A stretch of DNA of 64,000 bases from a virus (Duplodnaviria > Heunggongvirae > Uroviricota > Caudoviricetes). Shown here in pieces: positions 1 through 9,327 of the stretch. The DNA lies in IMG/VR virus record IMGVR_UViG_3300029641_000003. One strand, 5' to 3'. A program made the position numbers and the translations under genes. Position 1 is the first letter of the stretch. Each line of letters opens with the position of its first letter. Below the pieces are notes generated by a model. That model worked only from the letters and a program-made list of their open reading frames with translations. It did not search any database and was not told the DNA's origin.

Positions 1-2
1 CA

Positions 3-482
3 GAGCAACTGGCGGAGCGTAACGCTGAGTATGTAACGGAAATTTCCCGACTTGAGAAAGAGCGCGCGGCGCTGGCGGCGGAGAATGCACTTGCTCGTAA
101 AGCTGTTCAGGCATTCTGTGAGGTTGTTGGCGACAACACTGAGATTATCTCCGAGTTGGTTGGGCAAGATGACGTTCTGGTTATTTTGAAGGCCATGAAG
201 GCAACAGGAAATATGTCAGCCACCGATGCTTTCCTGGCTGAAATACGTGCGGAGGCACGCAACGAGGGGATTAACTACACCGCAAGCCGTCTTGCTGCTG
301 CGTTCAATCACGGATTTATCAATAAGTCTTTGCGTGAAGTTTTCGACGTTACACGCATGATTTTGTCAGCGAAAGAAGAGTTGGCTAATGAACCGCATCC
401 GATTGATGGCCTGTCTGGTGAATATGCGGAGAAATCCCTTGAAGAATGGGCGGAACAGCTTCGTAAAGGAGTCATCCAGTGA
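3..482 (+). CDS. hypothetical protein, 5'-truncated at window edge
   Basis: Frame 3 is open from base 3 into ORF 156..482; stop overlaps GTG start of next gene (GTGA). Confidence 0.5.
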   Translation, partial: EQLAERNAEYVTEISRLEKERAALAAENALARKAVQAFCEVVGDNTEIISELVGQDDVLVILKAMKATGNMSATDAFLAEIRAEARNEGINYTASRLAAAFNHGFINKSLREVFDVTRMILSAKEELANEPHPIDGLSGEYAEKSLEEWAEQLRKGVIQ

Positions 483-1309
483 GCAAGATTGACTATCAGG
501 CACTGCGTGAGGCGGCAGAGCGTGCAATTCCGGCAATGGAACGCCTGTTAATGTTGCCAGTTGATGATGATCTGATAAGCGAGCAGGAACTTAAAGATAG
601 CGGTGTTGATATTGATGCGCTCAACGCCTTCAAAATTCTGGCCGGACCAGAAACCGTGATGGCGCTACTGGATGAACGGGAAAGAAACCAGCAATACATC
701 AAATCTCGCGACCAGGAGAACGAGGATATTGCGCTAACGGTAGGGAAGCTGTTAATCGAAAACGGTCAGCTTGTTGCCGATACGCTACGCCACTTAGCTG
801 ATAACGAAATCGACTCTGATTATTTTGCTATCACCTCAACTAATGAGAACGGTACTGAAATTGATCATGAGATGTCTATTACCGATTACGCACTGCAAGC
901 TGCCGGAACTGTAGACGAATTGGTTGCGGCGCTGGAAGCCGCAAAATCAAAACTCAACGAGCAGCGTGAGTATTACGAGGGCGTTATCTCGGATGGAAGT
1001 AAGCGCATTGCAGAACTGGAAGCACGGGAAATAAAACCAGCCAAAGGTGAAGTTCTGGTCGTTGTATCTGGTTTTACTGGTTGCGGAAAAAGCGCCATTG
1101 CCGGGGAAATAGAAATCGCGATGAAGGCTATTGGTGTACCGGTTCAGTGGACTAATGGCGATGCGGAAAAGCGCATGACAGGAGCTGACTGGCTGACAGC
1201 GATTGAGATGTACAAACCAACAGTGCGCATCGTGGAAGTTAATGTGCCACGCGCCCCTGGCATTCGCATCAAAGGAGACGCAGGAGAACAAAACGATGAA
1301 AAACCGTAA
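479..1309 (+). CDS. hypothetical protein with C-terminal P-loop-like motif (GFTGCGKS)
   Basis: 276-aa ORF, GTG start with AAGGAG RBS 8 nt upstream; Walker-A-like GxxGxGKS near C-terminus. Confidence 0.55.
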   Translation: MSKIDYQALREAAERAIPAMERLLMLPVDDDLISEQELKDSGVDIDALNAFKILAGPETVMALLDERERNQQYIKSRDQENEDIALTVGKLLIENGQLVADTLRHLADNEIDSDYFAITSTNENGTEIDHEMSITDYALQAAGTVDELVAALEAAKSKLNEQREYYEGVISDGSKRIAELEAREIKPAKGEVLVVVSGFTGCGKSAIAGEIEIAMKAIGVPVQWTNGDAEKRMTGADWLTAIEMYKPTVRIVEVNVPRAPGIRIKGDAGEQNDEKP

Positions 1310-1535
1310 AGCAAAATTACTTCTTTTATCGCGTTCGACGGGGTACGAGAAGCTACCAATCAGCAATCACAAACGGGCGGTGATCGGCATGTTTGGTAGG
1401 GTGGTATTCGCATTTAACTATAAACCCACCGCGTCGCGGAACAGACGAGAGAAGGGGTACGCAGTGCGATGAAAAACCGTAAGGCAAAGATGCTGATAGC
1501 AAAGCCCGGGCAGCGTATCCGTATCTCAAATCGGC

Positions 1536-2117
1536 TTGTTATTTACTATAGATATCTGGGTTTTAGGGGGTGTTCCTCTATTCGTTTTTACGGTGTCTGG
1601 CGGAGCAGAAGCGCGGCGCAAAACCGCTGGAAAAACCACTTGCGCACTAAAGGAGAGTGAGGTGCCTACACTATTCAGGAAAAACTATCCGCGAAAGAGT
1701 AGAGCAATAGAATTGCTGTTTATCATTCTGTTTTTCGTGTTGCTGATACCAATAGCCTCAATATTAGTGACTGTTCTAATGGGGAGAGTATTTGAACCGT
1801 TAGTTGAACTGTATATCGATATAGTGTGGACCCCATTCAGGAAGCTACACAATAAAATTAACCCACATAAGGAAACAGATATGGCAACTTTGACAAAAGA
1901 AGATCGTTTTACCAAAAAACAAATCGCCGAGGCAAAAATCCTCGATAACAACGGAACCTACTTCATCAACGGCTCCATTCTTCCAGTTTATATCAATGAA
2001 GATGGAGACACTTACCTTATTGAAGAGTACGAAAAAGGCGAGCCGAGCGAACACCTCATTAAAGATTTGTTCGCGGATGGCGTTATTGTTGCTGTTAATC
2101 CGATTGGCTACAACTAA
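1536..2117 (+). CDS. hypothetical protein; true start probably ATG at 1881
   Basis: Track ORF starts at TTG; in-frame ATG at 1881 has an AGGA RBS; N-terminal part is hydrophobic. Confidence 0.4.
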   Translation: MLFTIDIWVLGGVPLFVFTVSGGAEARRKTAGKTTCALKESEVPTLFRKNYPRKSRAIELLFIILFFVLLIPIASILVTVLMGRVFEPLVELYIDIVWTPFRKLHNKINPHKETDMATLTKEDRFTKKQIAEAKILDNNGTYFINGSILPVYINEDGDTYLIEEYEKGEPSEHLIKDLFADGVIVAVNPIGYN

Positions 2118-2127
2118 AGCATAAATT

Positions 2128-2640
2128 ATGACCAGTATTACCAGAGAACAGGCCAAGAAAATTATTGAAGCTGCCGATGAGGTTATTAGTGCGCTTGCCG
2201 GAACTAACGAGGATGTTCACCCTGGTAGCGATAACATGCTACGTCTGTGGGATGACCTGAATGACCGTTACGCGCCGCCGGAAGTTGTGCGTGAGCTGGC
2301 GCGTATCGTGCTGGCATCGCTGGAAGCGGAGCCTGTAGCGTGGCGATATCGCTACGTGAAAAAAGGCGTTACGGACTCTCAGGGGGAGCCGTGGGTTGGT
2401 GACTGGAAATATGTACCGACAAAAGAGGATTGCAACGACAGGCCGAGCTATGAGATTCAGGCCTTATTCACTGCCCCGCCAGTCCCGGTGACATCAGAAG
2501 GACTGGTTAAAGCCGTGCGTTTCTATGAACAAGTTAAGCGTGAAAATCCGCCAGTCGAAACCGGAGCATGGAAAGACGCGGTTGACTGGGTGCTCAAAGA
2601 GGCCTGCCAGGTTGTAAACACTGGCATCAAAGGAGACTGA
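2128..2640 (+). CDS. hypothetical protein
   Basis: 170-aa ORF; shares an ASLEAEPV ... TxPPxP segment with ORF 2848..3813. Confidence 0.55.
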   Translation: MTSITREQAKKIIEAADEVISALAGTNEDVHPGSDNMLRLWDDLNDRYAPPEVVRELARIVLASLEAEPVAWRYRYVKKGVTDSQGEPWVGDWKYVPTKEDCNDRPSYEIQALFTAPPVPVTSEGLVKAVRFYEQVKRENPPVETGAWKDAVDWVLKEACQVVNTGIKGD

Positions 2641-2641
2641 T

Positions 2642-2851
2642 ATGGCTATTGCCGCAAGTTACACCATGCATCTCTATTGTGATTGCCTCCAGTGTACAGA
2701 TGGCAAATATAAGTCGCCAGACTTCGGTGAGTATATCGGTACGTCATGGGCTGGCTGTGCAAAAGAGGCGCGCAAGGATGGCTGGCGAATAAGCAAAGAC
2801 AAAACGCGTGCTTTTGCGCCCGGGCATAAAGTTTTGAGGATTAACAAATGA
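2642..2851 (+). CDS. small Cys-rich protein, possible zinc-binding
   Basis: 69 aa with CDCLQC and a further Cys; tightly packed between neighbours with overlapping stop/start. Confidence 0.4.
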   Translation: MAIAASYTMHLYCDCLQCTDGKYKSPDFGEYIGTSWAGCAKEARKDGWRISKDKTRAFAPGHKVLRINK

Positions 2852-3813
2852 CCACTTTAACCGACAAAGAACTGATTAAAGAAATCAAAGAGCGCATAGG
2901 CAGTCTGGACGTGCGAGACAATATTGAGCGCCGTGCTTATGAAATTGCTCTGGCATCGCTGGAGGCAGAGCCTGTTCTGTATCAGTCCTGCACTCGCCCC
3001 ACCTGGAATAGCGGTGTTCCGTGGACGGAATGGAAAGAACGAAGTCGTGAGTGCTACGAAGACGATTTGCGCTTTACAGACACGCCTGACCATGCCGGTT
3101 GGATATACAAATGTCGAAAACTATATACCACTCCGCCAGCGCCGATAGCGTTAGAGGCCATTGAAAACGCAATTGAATACATCCGCAGTATCGCTTTTCA
3201 CATCAATGAAGACGATTACCACGGCAAGCATATTGCGTATTTCATGCGACAAGCATTGGCCTGGCTGGAAGGGCATTCATGCAGCGACGACAGACTGGGT
3301 AAAGCCGAGAATCAAACAGTACACGGCAACCAGGCTGCCGAATCCAATCGCGGTAATGAGTGGACCGGCAATCCTGATATTGATAACGCCATCATCATGC
3401 TCGATCGCATAGATACGCTGGAAAGTTGCGATGATGACCGTATTGAGGCGGTTAAGACTGTTTTGCGTAGACTGGCAGGCAACTCTCCGGTAATTCCGGA
3501 TGGTTTATCCACGGTATGCGCTGAGGCTTATCAGGTTGTAGGAGTTATGGCAGATGCGCTTGGTGTATTCGGTGATGCAGCAGTACAGAAAGTTCTGGAT
3601 AACCTGTCACAGCAAAAACTTGTTCACAGAGATGTGCTGCCGTTCTCGCTTCCGGTAACTCCGGATGGTTGGGTTATGGTTCCTAAACAGGTAACGCCGG
3701 AAATCAGCAACGCGATAAACGTTGTGGGTCAACGCTGTACATGCGGAAATTGCTCTCAGCGGTTGTGGGATTTATTACTCGACGCCACACAGCAAGGAGT
3801 TAACCGTGGCTAA
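2848..3813 (+). CDS. hypothetical protein
   Basis: 321-aa ORF, start overlaps upstream stop; N-terminal region paralogous to 2128..2640. Confidence 0.55.
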   Translation: MTTLTDKELIKEIKERIGSLDVRDNIERRAYEIALASLEAEPVLYQSCTRPTWNSGVPWTEWKERSRECYEDDLRFTDTPDHAGWIYKCRKLYTTPPAPIALEAIENAIEYIRSIAFHINEDDYHGKHIAYFMRQALAWLEGHSCSDDRLGKAENQTVHGNQAAESNRGNEWTGNPDIDNAIIMLDRIDTLESCDDDRIEAVKTVLRRLAGNSPVIPDGLSTVCAEAYQVVGVMADALGVFGDAAVQKVLDNLSQQKLVHRDVLPFSLPVTPDGWVMVPKQVTPEISNAINVVGQRCTCGNCSQRLWDLLLDATQQGVNRG

Positions 3814-3989
3814 CCTGCAACTTATCCTCAAAGGTGAAAAGATTTGAGGATTCGCATCATTAATAACACCGACAAACATCCGGATGATTATTTGGATTGC
3901 TCGTTAGCAGAGCGCGTGGAATTGATATAAGAGAATCTCCGCGCATCGGCAACACACAGCTAAATATGTTCGCAATAAAGGGTAAATCA

Positions 3990-4391
3990 ATGGCTAAATT
4001 TCGGAGAACTATTATTTTTCTGGCAATGTTATCTGCCTGCCATTTATCACATGCATCGGTTATTGTTGCAACCGCCGCAACAACGGCAGCAATTAGCGCC
4101 TCAGCCGCAAGCGAGCAGGAGCAACGCACTGCAATCAATGCATCCGCAAATACTACCACTGTAGCAGTCACGCAAGATAAGCCAAATATAGGCTTTGTTA
4201 CTTGCGGAAAACGGTATGGAGAGACGGTCGGTTCTCTTGGTTGCGCAGTGTGGCATGACGAACGAGCAGAAATTCCGTGGAAATCATGGCCTGGTTACAT
4301 TCTTGGCGAAAAGATACCCACCAGCTATGAAGTAAATGCTATTTCGTTCGATCAATATAACAGAGTCGCAACGGTCTACTTTTCTTATTAA
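3990..4391 (+). CDS. putative lipoprotein
   Basis: ATG at 3990; signal peptide with lipobox-like LSAC (MAKFRRTIIFLAMLSAC). Confidence 0.5.
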   Translation: MAKFRRTIIFLAMLSACHLSHASVIVATAATTAAISASAASEQEQRTAINASANTTTVAVTQDKPNIGFVTCGKRYGETVGSLGCAVWHDERAEIPWKSWPGYILGEKIPTSYEVNAISFDQYNRVATVYFSY

Positions 4392-4397
4392 CACGGA

Positions 4398-4697
4398 GTG
4401 ATTATGTGGCGCGGTAATAATCATGGCAGAAGCCATATGATACTTACCGAATATAAGCTAGACCACAAAACCAATAAATCGCGCTCAGTATATTTGCTCC
4501 GGCACAATAGCCGCGTAAGGAATACCGTGCTGGAGCAAAATCTGACCGTTGAAATGGATAATTTCGGGAATTTCAAGCCAACAATATCGCTTGATGATTT
4601 CCCTCGTGGTTTAAGCGAAAGAGAAGCAATGCTGAAGTTAGCAGAATGGCTACAAAGATTGAGCATTGTTATTGAAGATAACTGGAGTCAACCATAA
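4398..4697 (+). CDS. hypothetical protein
   Basis: 99-aa ORF; stop overlaps ATG of a downstream small ORF. Confidence 0.4.
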   Translation: MIMWRGNNHGRSHMILTEYKLDHKTNKSRSVYLLRHNSRVRNTVLEQNLTVEMDNFGNFKPTISLDDFPRGLSEREAMLKLAEWLQRLSIVIEDNWSQP

Positions 4698-4873
4698 TGA
4701 AAAACAGAAAGAAATTTTGGATTACTTTTTTGTTTGTATGCCTTTGCGGTTTATTTGTTTTATTAGCTGGTGGTGTTAAATGGGGTACGGTGGGGTGTGG
4801 TTTTTGGAGTGGGCTTACTCTTTTCGCAGCTTGGCTTATCGCCAACTTTGAGTCAGGCGGAGGGTATTGGTAA
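4697..4873 (+). CDS. small membrane protein (58 aa), absent from ORF track
   Basis: Read by eye: MKNRKKFWITFLFVCLCGLFVLLAGGVKWGTVGCGFWSGLTLFAAWLIANFESGGGYW; two hydrophobic helices; ATG overlaps upstream TAA. Confidence 0.35.
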   Translation: MKNRKKFWITFLFVCLCGLFVLLAGGVKWGTVGCGFWSGLTLFAAWLIANFESGGGYW

Positions 4874-4952
4874 GTGGTCTTATTCCCCACTTCATAACGG
4901 ATATCACGCTCGTGATAACGGATATTCCAATTTTGATAACGGATAAGGCCAA

Positions 4953-5162
4953 ATGAAGCATTTTTTAAGGTTGGCATTTGTTCTGGCGCTATTTGCTCCT
5001 CAGGCTGCAATGGCTGGAGAACAGCAACATTGCACAAAAGAGAATGAACACCCTTTCATCGTTATTCAATGTGATGACGGAACGGTGACAGTGGTTAATG
5101 TAAGAAATGACCGTGTAGCTGTATGCCGTAAAGGCGAACCATGCAAGGAAATAAAACTATGA
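4953..5162 (+). CDS. small secreted Cys-containing protein
   Basis: 69 aa; N-terminal signal peptide ending AMA; four Cys in mature part. Confidence 0.4.
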   Translation: MKHFLRLAFVLALFAPQAAMAGEQQHCTKENEHPFIVIQCDDGTVTVVNVRNDRVAVCRKGEPCKEIKL

Positions 5163-5956
5163 CTAAAATCACTAAATTCCGCATATCAGAGATTATTGCA
5201 CGCATCGAAATGTATGGACACGGCGCTGGATACACGGCAGATGAGGTATTGGAGCTTGCCCAAATAGCGTTAGCAACCTGCAAAGACGGTGAGAGTATAA
5301 AGCTGATTGACTTGTTGGTGCAGGAGCTGCCAAAGCGTGGAGGGTGGCCTGATGATATGCTCGATTGTCGCATGGTTAGAGAGGACTGCTGTGAACCATC
5401 ATATGGTTTCTTTGCTTTTGGCTCTGATCCAGCGAAAAGCCCGTGTGGGCGCAATTTTTGCCTTGAGGTCAGGCTTCCGATAAGTAACCTTTATCGCGAG
5501 GAATACACGGAAATAATTTCGCGCAAACAATACGAAGAGGCTCTTGAAGCATCCAATAAGTTAAATTTTGAGCAATGGCTGGGGCAACAACACGAAAAAA
5601 TCGACCTGGACTGCGGTTGTGTGTCTACTGAAACATTCATGCACTGGCTGCGGGTAGCCTATGAATCTGGCAACCGTCTGGATACTCATCCACAAGAGGT
5701 GCCGAAGCCAAGAGTAAGCACAACTCTGGAAAGGAGCTATCTTGAAACTGCATTAAAGATTAAGGCAGGCCATACGCTAGGCGTCATTGATGCCATGTTG
5801 GTTCATGAAATGGCGAAGGCTTTACTACCAGAAATTCCCGCGAATACGCCTACGCAAGTATTGGCGCTAATGAACAAACACAATCTGCCCAGGGAAGCAT
5901 TCTGGTGCTTTGATCATGAACAGTGGAGATACTCATGCTATGAATGCCGGTATTAA
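5141..5956 (+). CDS. hypothetical protein
   Basis: 271-aa ORF overlapping the upstream gene end. Confidence 0.55.
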   Translation: MQGNKTMTKITKFRISEIIARIEMYGHGAGYTADEVLELAQIALATCKDGESIKLIDLLVQELPKRGGWPDDMLDCRMVREDCCEPSYGFFAFGSDPAKSPCGRNFCLEVRLPISNLYREEYTEIISRKQYEEALEASNKLNFEQWLGQQHEKIDLDCGCVSTETFMHWLRVAYESGNRLDTHPQEVPKPRVSTTLERSYLETALKIKAGHTLGVIDAMLVHEMAKALLPEIPANTPTQVLALMNKHNLPREAFWCFDHEQWRYSCYECRY

Positions 5957-6012
5957 TGATGACTGGTGATCTTGTAGTTCTGGCTACCCGCAGTACCCCT
6001 GGTTACTACAAA

Positions 6013-6363
6013 TCATTGTAGTGGGTGGCATTTAACGAAATCGATCACCCTATTCTGAACTTCGGAAAGAAGGTCTTTTTCACGCGCCAGGACGTCAGGA
6101 TATTGACGTTCTGGCCTTACCAGATGCCGGAGCTTCCCATTAAGCAGAATGGCCTCAGAAAACACTTTTACGCTGTGCTTTATCCCCTCTGTTTCACTTT
6201 TCAGCGTCAAAATAAAGCGCAATTGCTTATTAGCCTGATTCAGATTCAATACACGAATTTGCAGTTCGTCTATGCTGTTTCGCAATGGGATTGATGCCAC
6301 CACACTGGTGCAGTCTCTGATTGTCTGAATTGAACGGCTAACATTGAGAACGTTATTGTGCAT
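6013..6363 (-). CDS. Lxr-like paralog
   Basis: 116 aa, same length as ORF 6672..7022 and sharing SRSIQTIR/TRSMQTIR and F-x-x-KS segments; inverted relative to it. Confidence 0.4.
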   Translation of the reverse strand: MHNNVLNVSRSIQTIRDCTSVVASIPLRNSIDELQIRVLNLNQANKQLRFILTLKSETEGIKHSVKVFSEAILLNGKLRHLVRPERQYPDVLAREKDLLSEVQNRVIDFVKCHPLQ

Positions 6364-6395
6364 GTGCCTGATCCACTAACTCCGGGAGGTTTCTT

Positions 6396-6647
6396 GTGTC
6401 AGATCGAAATATAGCAGCTAAAAGCCAGGAAGAGCGAGACAATGTGAACGTAGACCTTGCCGCCAGCGGCGTTGCTTACAAAGAACGGCTGAATATACCT
6501 GTGATTGCAGAGCAGGTGGCCCGTGAGCAACCGGAAAACCTGCGCGCCTATTTCATGGAACGGCTACGGCACTACCGGCAGTTAAGTCTCCAGTTGCCAA
6601 AAGGGAGCGATCCGGTGTATCAGAACGAGGATGCGCAAAAAAAATAA
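6396..6647 (+). CDS. hot: Hot, homolog of DNA polymerase III theta subunit
   Basis: 83 aa; [41 protein letters not shown] matches recalled HolE/theta pattern; GGGAGG RBS. Confidence 0.85.
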   Translation: MSDRNIAAKSQEERDNVNVDLAASGVAYKERLNIPVIAEQVAREQPENLRAYFMERLRHYRQLSLQLPKGSDPVYQNEDAQKK

Positions 6648-6671
6648 CGGCAAGATGGGGGAGACTTAAAC

Positions 6672-7022
6672 ATGCTTAACTATCACGACAACACGCGTTC
6701 TATGCAGACAATCCGCACCAATACAGCGGTGGTCGATAGCTTTCCTGTACATACTCAAGGCCGTGAAGATACCGTGGAAGTGCGACGCATGTTGTGTCGC
6801 CGGTCACCAGGCCACCAGCACTTCATCGTAACGTTTAAAAGCGATGTAGAGCGCGCCGAGAAAATCTCTAACTCCACATCTCTGGTTAAGCCATTGGCGG
6901 AGGTTATTGTGCGCAACAATAAGGCGCGCTTTGTCCTTGAGGAGCATCATTCTGATTTTAATGAAAAAATCGAGTCAAGCATTTTGCAATATATGAATGG
7001 CAAGTTCACGCCACCAATGTGA
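6672..7022 (+). CDS. lxr: Lxr-like protein
   Basis: 116-aa ORF in the hot-lxr-humD position of P1. Confidence 0.6.
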   Translation: MLNYHDNTRSMQTIRTNTAVVDSFPVHTQGREDTVEVRRMLCRRSPGHQHFIVTFKSDVERAEKISNSTSLVKPLAEVIVRNNKARFVLEEHHSDFNEKIESSILQYMNGKFTPPM

Positions 7023-7083
7023 TTAGCCCCCAGCGTGGCGCGCGTACAAACCCCGCTTTCACAAACTATGCCTTTTCAATGTA

Positions 7084-7103
7084 TACTGTATAAATAAACA
7101 GCA
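7084..7103. promoter_or_regulatory. LexA (SOS) box upstream of humD
   Basis: TACTGTATAAATAAACAGCA fits CTGT-N8-ACAG, about 20 nt upstream of humD ATG. Confidence 0.75.
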
Positions 7104-7121
7104 TCATTGAGGTAAAACGCT

Positions 7122-7511
7122 ATGGGCTTCCCTTCTCCTGCGGCGGATTATGCAGAGAGCCGTATTTCTCTTGATCAGCAACTAATCAGACATCCTTCTG
7201 CGACCTACTTCATGCGAGCGGCAGACAGTCATCACCGTGAGGGAATATTGCAAGGTGCTTTGCTGGTGGTTGATTCCTCACTTACTCCGGTTGATGGTTC
7301 ACTGCTTATATGCGCTATGGAGGGTGAATATCGCATAAAGAGATACAGGAAGTATCCGCGCCAGCACCTGGAGGATTTAAGCACCGGGAAGAAAGAGGCG
7401 CTACCAGTGGATGACGATGGATACACGGGCAGTAATGCTGTTTTTGGTGTGATCACTCATGTCATCAATGATGCCCGAAGTGGGGAGTTTGATGATTGTC
7501 CGGTCATTTAA
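7122..7511 (+). CDS. humD: HumD, UmuD-like SOS mutagenesis protein
   Basis: 129 aa; LexA/UmuD-like fold pattern; SOS box upstream; P1 synteny. Confidence 0.85.
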   Translation: MGFPSPAADYAESRISLDQQLIRHPSATYFMRAADSHHREGILQGALLVVDSSLTPVDGSLLICAMEGEYRIKRYRKYPRQHLEDLSTGKKEALPVDDDGYTGSNAVFGVITHVINDARSGEFDDCPVI

Positions 7512-7583
7512 GCTGCAAAGTGCTGGTGCTTTATGCCTGTGAAGTTTATAATTGTGTACACATAACGAGTACACGAGGTGTTT

Positions 7584-7805
7584 ATGCAATCCATTAACTT
7601 CCGTACCGCGCGTGGCAACCTTTCTGAAGTGCTCAACAATGTTGAAGCCGGGGAAGAGGTTGAAATCACCCGCAGAGGCCGTGAGCCAGCAGTAATTGTC
7701 AGCAAGGCTACTTTCGAAGCCTACAAAAAAGCGGCGCTGGATGCTGAATTTGCATCCCTGTTTGACACCCTGGACTCCACCAACAAGGAACTGGTTAACC
7801 GATAA
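7584..7805 (+). CDS. phd: Phd antitoxin
   Basis: [49 protein letters not shown] matches P1 Phd as recalled; ATG at 7584. Confidence 0.95.
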   Translation: MQSINFRTARGNLSEVLNNVEAGEEVEITRRGREPAVIVSKATFEAYKKAALDAEFASLFDTLDSTNKELVNR

Positions 7806-8185
7806 TGAGGCATATATCACCGGAAGAACTTATTGCGCTTCATGATGCGAATATAAACCGCTACGGCGGCCTGCCGGGAATGTCTGATCCGGGCAGGGCA
7901 GAGGCCATTATCGGGAGAGTCCAGGCCAGAGTTGTGTACGAAGAGATCACCGACCTTTTCGAAGTCTCCGCCACCTACCTGGTGGCAACGGCGAGAGGGC
8001 ATATATTCAATGATGCCAATAAGCGTACCGCGCTAAACAGTGCGCTGCTATTTCTACGCCGTAACGGTATACAGGTATATGATTCTCCCGTGCTGGTGGA
8101 ACTTGCGGTGGGGGCTGCAACTGGTGAAATCCCCGTATCTTCAGTAGCGGAAAAACTACGTGAACTATATGGTTCCAATATTTGA
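7805..8185 (+). CDS. doc: Doc toxin (Fic-fold)
   Basis: 126 aa, [22 protein letters not shown]; start overlaps phd stop. Confidence 0.95.
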   Translation: MRHISPEELIALHDANINRYGGLPGMSDPGRAEAIIGRVQARVVYEEITDLFEVSATYLVATARGHIFNDANKRTALNSALLFLRRNGIQVYDSPVLVELAVGAATGEIPVSSVAEKLRELYGSNI

Positions 8186-8220
8186 AAAGAAGCCCGCTCA
8201 ACCAGGCGGGCTTCCTACTA

Positions 8221-9327
8221 TCACTCAATGATTTTTTCTGCTGTCAGCCAGCTAATTTCTTGCCTGTCTTTCGGCGGTTTTAGCATGTGGGCGTATTCAG
8301 CGACATTCTCCCACGGAATTGTTTTTGCCCACTCAACGATAGCATTGTGATCTGCAGTGAAGAGTGGAATGGTGTGCGATTTCAACCACTCTAATGTTGT
8401 AACGCCATGTTTTTTGGCGTGGTGCTGTGCATGATGCCGGGCTATCACTAGTAATGGCATTGTCCATTCACTACCATCATGCATCGTAAAGCGCATTGTT
8501 TTCGGCATATCTGATTCAAGAACAGCCTCCCGAATACCCGGGAACTCACCAAGAACCATGCGACGGTAATCATCGCCGCTTTTACCACCATACATTTCTG
8601 CGATCCCATCAAGATAATCTTGAGTAAGCAGAGGTGATTCTTCTGCGTTCAGCTTGATGGCAGTATAAATACCACATGGATTTTCTTCAGTTTTTGCACG
8701 ACCATGATGGGAATCGTAAAAGTGTCCATGTTCCTCCTCTGGAGGAGCAGACGTCAAAAGTATACGTGAGTCGCCACTAACTAAAGATGCTCTTAACATC
8801 CCGAATAGCCGATAGCTTACCAGAGCCGCGTCCATAACAATGATCAAAAGATGTTCAGCATAATATCCGGCTACATCTTCCTCATAATTTAGGCGATATG
8901 GTTTAATTTCGCAGCCCCAAGATTTTTGGTAACGATGATTGAGGCCATTTTGGTCGATTTGAAAATACTCTCCCAGTAATGGCGCTTTTGTATTAGCTTT
9001 CTCCCAATACATATTCATGAGTGAGAGAGTTACCATTCCATTACGCTCAAAGTCTGGAGCGACCATGACCGTTTTAGACTCAGGCATCAGGATCGTATAA
9101 AGGATACAAATGATAGCCATAGCAGACTTATGCCCTATCCCAGTCGGTGTGGTAACGCTGACTGCTGAACCTTTTTGTTGAATCGCCTCAACAATTAATT
9201 TTTGCTGGTGGGTTAACTTAACCCCCATCAACTCTTCTGCTGCTAATGCCCAGTCATGGCTATATTTGCTTACCAGCTCTCTCCACTCTGGTAATTCGGT
9301 GATGTTTTTAGGCGTCAGCATCAGCAT
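8221..9327 (-). CDS. PacB-paralogous terminase-like ATPase
   Basis: 368 aa; long stretch alignable by eye to PacB at 14676..16184 (YAEHLLIIVMD / HAEHLLLILDE; HGHFYDSHHGRAKTEENP / SGYFYESHHSRAKAEGNP; MVLGEFP / KVLGQFP). Confidence 0.7.
   Translation of the reverse strand: MLMLTPKNITELPEWRELVSKYSHDWALAAEELMGVKLTHQQKLIVEAIQQKGSAVSVTTPTGIGHKSAMAIICILYTILMPESKTVMVAPDFERNGMVTLSLMNMYWEKANTKAPLLGEYFQIDQNGLNHRYQKSWGCEIKPYRLNYEEDVAGYYAEHLLIIVMDAALVSYRLFGMLRASLVSGDSRILLTSAPPEEEHGHFYDSHHGRAKTEENPCGIYTAIKLNAEESPLLTQDYLDGIAEMYGGKSGDDYRRMVLGEFPGIREAVLESDMPKTMRFTMHDGSEWTMPLLVIARHHAQHHAKKHGVTTLEWLKSHTIPLFTADHNAIVEWAKTIPWENVAEYAHMLKPPKDRQEISWLTAEKIIE

Noticed and set aside
1203-1660. Two ORFs both starting MKNRKAK
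   Set aside because: Shared start reflects a 22-bp DNA direct repeat; downstream translations are low-complexity and lack RBS.
8221-9327. Functional second terminase
   Set aside because: Protein lacks the C-terminal nuclease half present in PacB and has a degenerate P-loop; treated as a paralog of unknown role.
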